From Candidatus Woesebacteria bacterium (GTDB lineage: Bacteria > Patescibacteriota > Microgenomatia > UBA12405), in the NCBI GenBank assembly GCA_035450165.1, contig DAOTMI010000001.1, positions 45,888-109,887 on the forward strand: a DNA stretch of 64,000 nucleotides, read 5' to 3'. The position numbers and the translations under genes were made by a program. The notes under the pieces were generated by a model that saw nothing but the letters and a program-made list of their open reading frames with translations, did not search any database and was not told the DNA's origin. Positions 56,202 to 64,000 of the stretch are shown here, piece after piece (positions within the stretch are counted from its first letter, which is position 1; the number at the start of each line of letters is the position of its first letter).

Positions 56202-56216
56202 TCCGCCTTTGGCGGA
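56202..56216. repeat. Micro-palindrome TCCGCCTTTGGCGGA
   Basis: Same TCCGCC/GGCGGA arms as the 46609 element. Confidence 0.75.
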
Positions 56217-56244
56217 CAGAGAGATTCCAATTGACATTGGAAAT

Positions 56245-57540
56245 TTACTTACACTTAAATCGATACACCCGCCAACTGACTTTCTCAAAACACTTAGAGT
56301 CGTTAACAAAAGGCAGATCGGGCTGACGATCAGAATGGTAAAGATACAAAGGCTGGGGCAAAGTCCGTAATAAATTGATTTCATCCTCCAAACTACCGAA
56401 CCAAAATCGCTGCCATTCGGCTTCGGTCCAATAATTATCAGCCGGATTAAGACCGGTGGTAATCACCTGCTTAACCGTACTATAGCCCATTAGCCACGGG
56501 GCATTCATTTCATCAGTGGCCAGCAAATAACCGTCTAAATTAATTGTCTGAATTTCCCGGAATTCATCATGATTAATCTGTGGATAAGCCGTCCTTTTGA
56601 CAAAAAAGGCCAAATAAATCAAATTAAGAATTACAAAAATAATTAAAAACAATCTATTTTTAATCTTAGACAGAGCCAAAGCGGCAAACAGCAATAAAAA
56701 AATGTCTAAATAAATTATCAGCCGGCGGTAAAAAAACATCCTCAAAATAGTCGTTAATAATAGCCCAAAGATAGGCAAAATTAAAAATGGTATTTTTCGA
56801 TAATTTTTCAAAAAAGTCAACAAACCCAATGGTAAATAAAGAATACTTAAAACCAACCAAGCCGCCGGCTCATAAAAAGTTCCCGAAGCTTCGCCAAAAC
56901 TAGTTAAAATTGACTTGACCAGCGGCTGATAACTGGACAGGCGAGGTAGACAAAATAAACAGGTTAAAACCAGAGTCAACAAATAGTAGGGCCGGTGATT
57001 TTTGGCAAATAACAAACCGGAAAATAAGGCGGCATACAAAATAAAGTCGGTTGGTGAATGGAAATAAACAGTCAAAACCCCCCAAAAGATGGCCCAATAA
57101 GATTTTGATAATAAACAATAAAAAGTTAGAAATAAAAAGGCTAAAGCGGCAATATTTTTCAGATAATACCAGTAAAAAACCCGGTATTGTACCAAAGAAC
57201 TGGCTAGTAAAAATATAGCCCAAAATGCGGCTTTTTTACCCCATAAACGATTGGCCAGTAAAAAAACAGCCCAAAATAATAAAGCGGAAAAAAACAAGAC
57301 TAAGGGAATAAGAAGATAGGTTGGATTGAACGGAATTAAATGAACCAAAGCAAATAATCCCGGAGGATACATCGATTTCAACCAATCATTTGGGAATGGA
57401 AAATTTTTAAAACCATATAAATATAAACCTGGATCGTAACCCAAAGGAACATTATTATCCAGATACGGATAAAGCCGCCAGCCGATGAAAACCAAAAAAC
57501 AGGCAATAATAATCAGCCAATCTGTCAATTTTAATTTCAT
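56245..57540 (-). CDS. Polytopic membrane protein, probable GT-C glycosyltransferase
   Basis: TM1 followed by PLGYDPGLY loop (DxD-like), many TM helices, soluble C-terminal domain. Confidence 0.6.
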   Translation of the reverse strand: MKLKLTDWLIIIACFLVFIGWRLYPYLDNNVPLGYDPGLYLYGFKNFPFPNDWLKSMYPPGLFALVHLIPFNPTYLLIPLVLFFSALLFWAVFLLANRLWGKKAAFWAIFLLASSLVQYRVFYWYYLKNIAALAFLFLTFYCLLSKSYWAIFWGVLTVYFHSPTDFILYAALFSGLLFAKNHRPYYLLTLVLTCLFCLPRLSSYQPLVKSILTSFGEASGTFYEPAAWLVLSILYLPLGLLTFLKNYRKIPFLILPIFGLLLTTILRMFFYRRLIIYLDIFLLLFAALALSKIKNRLFLIIFVILNLIYLAFFVKRTAYPQINHDEFREIQTINLDGYLLATDEMNAPWLMGYSTVKQVITTGLNPADNYWTEAEWQRFWFGSLEDEINLLRTLPQPLYLYHSDRQPDLPFVNDSKCFEKVSWRVYRFKCK

Positions 57541-57599
57541 CGGCTAGTCAATTTTAACAAAAACTTCTAAATTAACTCCAAGGGGCCATTTCAACCTTT

Positions 57600-58532
57600 T
57601 TAATTAAAGAAAAAATCAAAACTTTCGTTAGGGTTAAAAAACTCGTCTTCCGCCGGCTGGGGTTGAGCCCCCAAATAAACATTGATTTGGGCGGAATCAG
57701 TCGCTAACGGCGTGCGGTTGACAATCAAATATTCCCCTTTCAAAACATCCTCCACCAAATCAGCCTGATCAGATTCAGCCTCCCGAAATTCAATCAAGGC
57801 ATTTTCAATCTTTTTTTCGCTATCTTTAGCTTCGATTTCTTTATAGCCAACGGTTTTAAAAAGATTGCCGACGCGTTTGGCTTCACCGGCTTCGGTGCCA
57901 GCATTGTAAACCATAATTTTGACACTGGGATCGGCAAGAGGAAGCGGTTTTTCGGTAATTTCGGGGGTAACTATAGGAATAACTTCAGCTACTTTTTCGA
58001 CAACTTTCGGCTGGGGCCGATTGCTAATAAAAAAACCGGTTAAAAGAACAAAAACGACGACAAAGCTAGCGGGAATTTGAATTTTACTGGCAATAAATCT
58101 TTTGATATTTAGGGTGGTTTGCTGGATGGGCGGCAAATTTTCTATTTCTTCTTCAGTGGCAACTTCATCGGGAAAGATCAAGATAATCGCCCCCATGAAA
58201 GTGATCAAAAGTCCGGACAAAATGCTGATAGCCAAATGCAAAATTTTGTTGTCCAATTGGACTTTCCATAAAATGATTAAGGCGCCGATTATGCCTAAGG
58301 CAACGGTAAAAATGTAATCAAATGGAGTTGGTTTTTTTGTTTCTATCGGTTCTTCATCTTGCGGTAAAAGCGCGGTAATTATCCCTAAAATCAGAACCCC
58401 ACCCAAAACCCAGTTTAGGGAAAAGACATCGGAAACAAATCCGGGAAATAAAGTTTCCAATAAAAATAGGATTAGATAAAAAATCAAGGAATAACTGAAA
58501 AGCTCTTTAATAATCAGGGCAATCGTTTTCAT
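57600..58532 (-). CDS. Membrane protein with LytR C-terminal domain
   Basis: Several TM helices, VKIMVYNAGTEAGEAKRV..L.K..GY, INVYLG. Confidence 0.7.
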   Translation of the reverse strand: MKTIALIIKELFSYSLIFYLILFLLETLFPGFVSDVFSLNWVLGGVLILGIITALLPQDEEPIETKKPTPFDYIFTVALGIIGALIILWKVQLDNKILHLAISILSGLLITFMGAIILIFPDEVATEEEIENLPPIQQTTLNIKRFIASKIQIPASFVVVFVLLTGFFISNRPQPKVVEKVAEVIPIVTPEITEKPLPLADPSVKIMVYNAGTEAGEAKRVGNLFKTVGYKEIEAKDSEKKIENALIEFREAESDQADLVEDVLKGEYLIVNRTPLATDSAQINVYLGAQPQPAEDEFFNPNESFDFFFN

Positions 58533-58535
58533 AAA

Positions 58536-60329
58536 CTAAGGTGCCGTCGCGCCAATCTTGATGATGATAGTCTCGTCTTGAGAATTGATTGAGCGGCTGG
58601 TCAATTTATATTCAGTCTTAACGATATCTTCAATGGCTTTTAAATCATTTTGATATTTCTCCGGATAGCTGATAGCGGCATTTTTAAACTTGTCAGTTGC
58701 ATTTTCCGCCTTAGCATTGGCATAACCGGCAGTTTGCAATTTAGCCGCCAACCGAGTGCCAGTGCCGCTGGGGGCGCCGCCGTTAAGAATTTTAATCGGC
58801 ATAGTCTTACTGGAAATAGCTGTCGGCGTGGCCACCTTGACCTGGGTTAAAGTGGGAACGGCGGTCGGGATTTCTGTTGGTTTTTTGACAAATTTCTCCA
58901 AAGCGCCCTGATAGTCAATATTAACCTCAAAACCGCCGATTTCCAATTCACCACCGTAGTCAGCCAACTTGGGGCTTTCAAGAGAAAAATAAAGTTTGTC
59001 GCCGGTAATATCCAGATCCTTCGGGTCAAAACTAATCTCACTTACCAGCCATTCTCCTTCCTGCCGGGCCGGGGTTAAAACAGTCAGAAGATAATCGATT
59101 TTATCCAGATTATCAATCGTATTAAGATCAGTGTATTTAACCAGGTCGGGATTAAAAAACTGATCCTTGGAAAAGGCAAAATAGCCGTCGCCGGAATAAA
59201 TAACATCATTTTTATCGGAAGAAAGTTTAAAAAGATCCTTGCCGTTAAATTTAGTTTTGGTTAAGGCCTCCAAATCAGTGGTTACTTTAGTACCGGCTTG
59301 AAGGACGGTAATCTCAAATTTATCATTGACTTTAATTGGGGCTAAATACTCTTTATGGGCAATTTGGGTAGTTAAATTCAGGGTATCAGTATAAACGATG
59401 CTAGGTTTGTCATCTAAGATAAAAAGCGATTTAGCGATAATTTTTTCCTGATTAACTTCCAGTCTGGTAATCACCGAATCACTACTCTTACCGTCATAAA
59501 TCAGGTCAAGCCGATAAATACCCGGGGCAATATCGTTAATTTCCAATTTTTCAGTTTGGGCTTCCTTTTTCAGTAAGGTTTTGGTTGTCATGCCATCGTC
59601 AGGAATAACTGCTTCAGCCATTTTTTTATTATTGCTCCCATAAACAGCCAGATTTAATTTGTCCTCACCTTCGTACATATTAATATCCTGTTTGCTGACT
59701 TTAACTACCAAAGGCGCCGTCTCTACCCAAACATAAAAAGTATGAGAACCGCGGAGAAAAGTGTTAATCACTGCGTTGGGACGGCCTTGTGAGGATGTAT
59801 TTTTAACCAAAGTTTCCTGATTAACAAAATAGCCCCCAATTTTATCTTTCGCCGGCGGGTTATCAATCAAATCGGCAATGGAATGGTAATGTTTCACCCG
59901 CTGATACAGAATATTACTGATACCCTTGATCTTTTCCCAGCCGGCCGCCTCCTGAACCAGTGAGTGATAAAAAGACTGATATAAATATTTATCTTTTTCA
60001 TTACCTCTAACCCCCAATTTAATTTCTCTCGGCCCGGGTTTAAACTTAATTACGGCCCGAATATTGTCAACATTAGGGGCTTTTAAGTCGACCGGAAACC
60101 GGGCCGCTTGGGTGGTAATCACCTGACTGGGAAGTTTAAAACCGCCGGTAGGACTGGTGGTATCGATATTAGCTACCTCTTTAGCTCCGGGAATTTTTAG
60201 AGTGGTGCTGACTTTCTTTCCCAACGGTGCCCAATATTTCCAGCCTAAAAATCCGATCAAACCCAAAAAAACAATACCTCCACCAATAATCGAAATTAGC
60301 TTGATTTGTTTGGGTTTAAGTTTTTTCAT
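58536..60329 (-). CDS. Membrane-anchored surface protein with C-terminal LytR_C domain
   Basis: N-terminal TM, beta-rich body, T/P linker, IKILNGGAPSGTGTRLAAKLQTAGY, IIIKIG. Confidence 0.7.
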   Translation of the reverse strand: MKKLKPKQIKLISIIGGGIVFLGLIGFLGWKYWAPLGKKVSTTLKIPGAKEVANIDTTSPTGGFKLPSQVITTQAARFPVDLKAPNVDNIRAVIKFKPGPREIKLGVRGNEKDKYLYQSFYHSLVQEAAGWEKIKGISNILYQRVKHYHSIADLIDNPPAKDKIGGYFVNQETLVKNTSSQGRPNAVINTFLRGSHTFYVWVETAPLVVKVSKQDINMYEGEDKLNLAVYGSNNKKMAEAVIPDDGMTTKTLLKKEAQTEKLEINDIAPGIYRLDLIYDGKSSDSVITRLEVNQEKIIAKSLFILDDKPSIVYTDTLNLTTQIAHKEYLAPIKVNDKFEITVLQAGTKVTTDLEALTKTKFNGKDLFKLSSDKNDVIYSGDGYFAFSKDQFFNPDLVKYTDLNTIDNLDKIDYLLTVLTPARQEGEWLVSEISFDPKDLDITGDKLYFSLESPKLADYGGELEIGGFEVNIDYQGALEKFVKKPTEIPTAVPTLTQVKVATPTAISSKTMPIKILNGGAPSGTGTRLAAKLQTAGYANAKAENATDKFKNAAISYPEKYQNDLKAIEDIVKTEYKLTSRSINSQDETIIIKIGATAP

Positions 60330-60397
60330 TGGTAATTGATTATAATACAGATTAGAGTTCTTGAAACATGTGGTAATTTTTATATTTATTCTCTTTT

Positions 60398-61951
60398 TTA
60401 TTTAGTTTCAATTTTTAATAAATTATCAGTGATTTTTTTATATTTTAGCCCATAATCATTCATCTGAATATTATACAAAATTGATTCAGAATCTTTTTCC
60501 TTCATTATGTATACTGGTATGTTGTCTTTAAGAAGCTCATTTATCAGTGTAATTGATGTTTGTGTCCTCGTCGTTTCTGGTATTGAGACATATATTGCTG
60601 TTTGACGAACTGGATATATATATTTATCATACATATTTGTAAAAATAATTGCATTATTCTCCGTTTTTTTTAATATTTGAGTTTGAAAAGTGTTTGTCCA
60701 CTTAGAGGTATCTAAAAAATATTTTATTGACATATCACTCAAAAATGCTTGATAAATATTAGTCACCAATAATATGAATATTGATATATAAAAAATAATT
60801 TTGGTCTTTAGTATATTGTGAAGATAATAAACTCCAATAACAACTATAATAATCCAACTAATCAATAAGTATCTAGAAAAACTTGTACCGACACTCCCTA
60901 CAAATCCTGATCCGGACCAATTTTTACCCACAAAAAATAAACACTGTAAAATTACGATATAAAATAAATATTTTAAAATAATATCAACACTTTTATTTAA
61001 TTTTTTCAAAAATATTTTTAATATTGAAATAATTGAAAGACTAACTAATATTGGATTTACAAAAAACACTTGATTAATAATATTTGTAATAAAATTTTTT
61101 ATATTTATTTTAAAAATAAACGACAGAATTCCATTACTACTTGAGGATAATTGATAGTGATTAAGATTGTATATTGGATTATTAAAATTAAGAAAACCAT
61201 TATATGTTTTGGTTTGAAAAAAATATAAAAGAATAAAAAGAAAACTAAAAGGTATTGATGCAATTATAATATTTTTTATCTTTATCTTTTTTAAACAACC
61301 TTTTTGGGGATCCCAAAGTAATAATAATATAAAAGGTAAATAGAATAAAACTGATGGATAATTGAACCACATGGATATTCCCGCAAATAAGCCAAATAAA
61401 AAATATGGTATTTTCTTGTCTTTATAAATTGCCTCTAAAAGAAAGAACAATCCTATTATAAAAAAGGTGGTTGATGGTAAATCTTTAAATGGAGTATTGC
61501 TAACATACAAAAAGGGACCTGATAGATAAATAATGACTATACACAAAGTGGAAATTATATGATCGCTAAATACGTATTTATTAATTATTTTATGTACGTA
61601 TATAAGACATAGAACTGAAAAAAGAGGGTTTAGTAAAAATAATAATTTAGGTGATACTAATTTAAACAACGCAACTAGAAAAATCATCCCTGGTAGTGAT
61701 GAAGGAACAAAACCATCTTTAAAAAAGAGTAATCCTCGGATACCGAAAATCGGAGGTGAATATTTTAAATTTAAGTTATTGATGTATTTATATGATTTAT
61801 TACTAATTAAAAGATTGGAAAATAGGTCATTTTGATTTGTATCAGTGTTGGGAAAATTGTTTTTTTGAATAGAATAATTTACTAAAATACTAATGATAAA
61901 AATTAACAATAGTGTTAGGTTCAAAATTATATTTTTTTTCATTGATTGCAT
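60398..61951 (-). CDS. Polytopic membrane protein, probable GT-C (PMT_2/ArnT-like) glycosyltransferase
   Basis: Many TM helices, FPNTDTNQND loop, FKDLPS, SRYLL; very AT-rich. Confidence 0.55.
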   Translation of the reverse strand: MQSMKKNIILNLTLLLIFIISILVNYSIQKNNFPNTDTNQNDLFSNLLISNKSYKYINNLNLKYSPPIFGIRGLLFFKDGFVPSSLPGMIFLVALFKLVSPKLLFLLNPLFSVLCLIYVHKIINKYVFSDHIISTLCIVIIYLSGPFLYVSNTPFKDLPSTTFFIIGLFFLLEAIYKDKKIPYFLFGLFAGISMWFNYPSVLFYLPFILLLLWDPQKGCLKKIKIKNIIIASIPFSFLFILLYFFQTKTYNGFLNFNNPIYNLNHYQLSSSSNGILSFIFKINIKNFITNIINQVFFVNPILVSLSIISILKIFLKKLNKSVDIILKYLFYIVILQCLFFVGKNWSGSGFVGSVGTSFSRYLLISWIIIVVIGVYYLHNILKTKIIFYISIFILLVTNIYQAFLSDMSIKYFLDTSKWTNTFQTQILKKTENNAIIFTNMYDKYIYPVRQTAIYVSIPETTRTQTSITLINELLKDNIPVYIMKEKDSESILYNIQMNDYGLKYKKITDNLLKIETK

Positions 61952-61977
61952 GATTAGTCTAAATTATTATCGTTTAT

Positions 61978-62958
61978 CTAAAATTTATCAATAATTTTTA
62001 ATGCTAATCCTCTGTAAATTCCTAATATAAAACTAAAACCTAAAATAATTAATAATTTAGATATTATAAAAAAATCTGATATTGAATTAGAAAAAAATAT
62101 AGAAATATTTACAAAAAATATGATAAGTAAAAGTAAATAGTATGGTATAAGAAAAATATAATTTAAAAAAATAAAAATGGTTATTAAAATTGTTAATGAT
62201 GGCAAAAAAATGAATATCCAAAAATTTTTTTTCTTAATATTTAAATAATAATCAGTGAATTTTATTCCCCTATTGTAAGTATGGATAATTTCATCTTTCA
62301 AGGATGATCTGACCTCAGACTTGACGATAACTCCTGGATGTTTAAGTATATTTCTTTTTTGAACTATGGTAAATAATAATTTTGTGTCATCGGAGGAATT
62401 TTTAGATTGATTTTGGGGTTGTGATGACAGAAATAAGTCTTTATCACAAAAAAATACACCTGTTCCTTTACTTATTTTGTCAAAATTATCTTTTGTAATA
62501 TATGTTGGTATAAATTTATTGCCAAATGAATTAGGATATAGTTTTAACTTTATTAAATATTTAAACCGATGAATATCGCTTTGTGTATGATCAATAATTG
62601 CATTTCCAACTAAAGGTTGATAATTAATTTTTTTTAAATTTATTAATATTGATTTATCTGCGATTGTTCGAGAATCAATAAATAATAGATTATTATATTT
62701 TGATTTTTTTGCCCCAATATTCCTTGCTTTTGATCTTCCCTCATTTGTTTTTAGATTTACTATTTTAATCTTTAAATTTTTCTTTCTAGCAATAATTATT
62801 TTTTCCCTTATTGATTTTAGTGTACGATCTGTCGATCCATCATTTACAACTATTATTTCATAATCATCTTTAGGATATATTAAATTAGTCAATGCGCTTA
62901 GAGATTTTTTAATATAATATTCTTCGTTGTATACCGGAATAATAATAGATATTTTCAT
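61978..62958 (-). CDS. Glycosyltransferase family 2
   Basis: ISIIIPVYNEE, EIIVVNDGSTD, GRSKARNIG, FIDS; C-terminal TMs. Confidence 0.92.
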   Translation of the reverse strand: MKISIIIPVYNEEYYIKKSLSALTNLIYPKDDYEIIVVNDGSTDRTLKSIREKIIIARKKNLKIKIVNLKTNEGRSKARNIGAKKSKYNNLLFIDSRTIADKSILINLKKINYQPLVGNAIIDHTQSDIHRFKYLIKLKLYPNSFGNKFIPTYITKDNFDKISKGTGVFFCDKDLFLSSQPQNQSKNSSDDTKLLFTIVQKRNILKHPGVIVKSEVRSSLKDEIIHTYNRGIKFTDYYLNIKKKNFWIFIFLPSLTILITIFIFLNYIFLIPYYLLLLIIFFVNISIFFSNSISDFFIISKLLIILGFSFILGIYRGLALKIIDKF

Positions 62959-62959
62959 A

Positions 62960-64000
62960 CTAATTCTTTTTTTGATAATATCTATATTTTGTATAAAACA
63001 ATAAGGTTGTTAAATACTGTAACAAATTTGCTCTTGGTAAAGCATGGTTAAATATTGGAATTTTATATCCACAGATTTTTAAGATTAATAATCTTGGATG
63101 TAAATTTATTTTTTTAAAAATTGATTGTTTTTTTAACATTTTTATTTTTGTGTCATCAAATTTAGTTAAAATCAATTTTTTAATCCCTTGAATAATTTCT
63201 AAAGCTTTTTGGTTTCTTACTATTACTACTGATGATTGCGATTCCCAATCGTCACCAAAAGATATATCGCAAAAATCATTGAGTCTATCTGGACACATAA
63301 GACAACGTACAGGAATATTGAATTTAAAGTCAGTGTTCCAATACTCTTTATATTTTAGTTTGTATTTAGATTTGTCCTTTAAATAAATTAACATATTATA
63401 TTTTTCTCTGTATTTAATTTTTTGGACTTTTTCGAGGTTGATATTTAATTTATTGAGTAATTTCTCTGTGGCTTTAAAGGATGGACATCTTGAACAAAAA
63501 AGACCTAATGATATATATATTTTTTCCTTTAATTGTGGATATAGTTTTTCCATATTTTTGAGGCCATGAATATGACAAGGAAGGCCTACAAAAGCATATT
63601 TGTGTTTTTTTTTTGATTTCAATATATCTTTAAGCATAATGTTCTGAGGAGTAGGGCAATATTTTGACCCTATAGCGTTGATTAGTTCTTTTTTGGTTGT
63701 TGCAATTATTGGCTTGGAAACTAAACCGTTCATTATAGTAACTATCGCACCATCAATTTTTTTTTCCTTCATAAGAGAAATCAATATTTGAGTTAATGCT
63801 CCTCCTGAACTACTCATCTCTCTAATTTTTTTAACACAAGATTGTCCGTTGTAAATTTTTGTGTAATTTCCTAATAATTTTTGGTTTATTGGAGTCTTCC
63901 ATCCTGGACATACCTTGATGCAAAGGTTGCAATTTGTACATAATTCTTTGTTAACATATGGTTTATATATTCCTGTTTGTTTATCTATAACAAGAGATAT
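62960..64000 (-). CDS. Coenzyme F420 hydrogenase/dehydrogenase beta-subunit (FrhB) family Fe-S protein, 5' end beyond window
   Basis: ORF stays open in frame to 64000, adding ...CTNCNLCIKVCPG (4Fe-4S) before SSSGG; GSKY, FVGLPCHI, LGLFC, C.MC.D..N...DISFGD.W. Confidence 0.85.
   Translation of the reverse strand: MSLVIDKQTGIYKPYVNKELCTNCNLCIKVCPGWKTPINQKLLGNYTKIYNGQSCVKKIREMSSSGGALTQILISLMKEKKIDGAIVTIMNGLVSKPIIATTKKELINAIGSKYCPTPQNIMLKDILKSKKKHKYAFVGLPCHIHGLKNMEKLYPQLKEKIYISLGLFCSRCPSFKATEKLLNKLNINLEKVQKIKYREKYNMLIYLKDKSKYKLKYKEYWNTDFKFNIPVRCLMCPDRLNDFCDISFGDDWESQSSVVIVRNQKALEIIQGIKKLILTKFDDTKIKMLKKQSIFKKINLHPRLLILKICGYKIPIFNHALPRANLLQYLTTLLFYTKYRYYQKKN

Noticed and set aside
56095-56384. ORFs 56095..56370 (+) and 56139..56384 (-)
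   Set aside because: They run through the REP-like hairpin and palindrome (peptides PPLTKGG and PPLAD) and overlap a real membrane-protein gene, so they are probably repeat-derived shadow ORFs.
1260-60339. Numerous 60-126 aa ORFs antisense or out of frame within rpoB/C, fusA, tuf, infB, purF, rnj and other genes
   Set aside because: Fully nested in well-conserved genes with no motifs or independent promoters; expected shadow ORFs.
62960-64000. F420-dependent hydrogenase/methanogenesis implied by the FrhB-like gene
   Set aside because: The context is glycosyltransferases, no hydrogenase subunits are visible, and FrhB-like genes are commonly found in polysaccharide loci.
1-64000. Alternative genetic code (UGA=Gly/Trp) as in Gracilibacteria/Absconditabacteria
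   Set aside because: Conserved genes are full length under code 11 and several end at TGA in ATGA overlaps (e.g. rpsE, rplR, infB).

Overview
A gene-dense core-genome segment, almost all on the minus strand, from a reduced bacterium using genetic code 11. Several features point to a Patescibacteria/CPR (Microgenomates-like) organism, which is an inference from gene content: no rpmD/L30 between rpsE and rplO, truncated IF-2/AlaRS/ProRS/MiaB, a sortase-ruvX-mltG block, and no obvious Shine-Dalgarno sites. Reading from the right end: an AT-rich surface-glycan block (FrhB-like Fe-S protein, GT2, two GT-C-like membrane proteins, two LytR_C proteins); nusA-infB-DHH-like-rpsO-pnp-Lon-like AAA-UDG-RNase J; proS-ftsK-RodZ-like; purF; alaS-baseplate-J-like-sortase-ruvX-mltG; an Ig-domain protein with an LPxTG-like tail and a MiaB-like gene (both on +); rpoB-rpoC-rpsL-rpsG; a ~6.9 kb insert (PilM-like/LytR_C, rfbB/C/D, gene fragments, FAD oxidoreductase) separating rpsG from fusA; DUF1861; tuf; then the S10-spc-alpha ribosomal protein cluster up to rpoA. 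I saw no rRNA, tRNA, CRISPR array or transposase. Main leads: (1) a family of 14-26 bp GC-rich micro-palindromes inserted between genes, inside other repeats (one between TCTATGA direct repeats) and in frame in PNPase; (2) an EF-Tu whose switch-I segment resembles the Verrucomicrobia/Planctomycetes type; (3) -10 boxes 5-10 nt before many ATGs, suggesting leaderless mRNAs and revealing an unannotated 39-aa ORF; (4) candidate cis-regulatory RNA leaders for rpsO, nusA and rpoB; (5) a sortase with a nearby candidate substrate.
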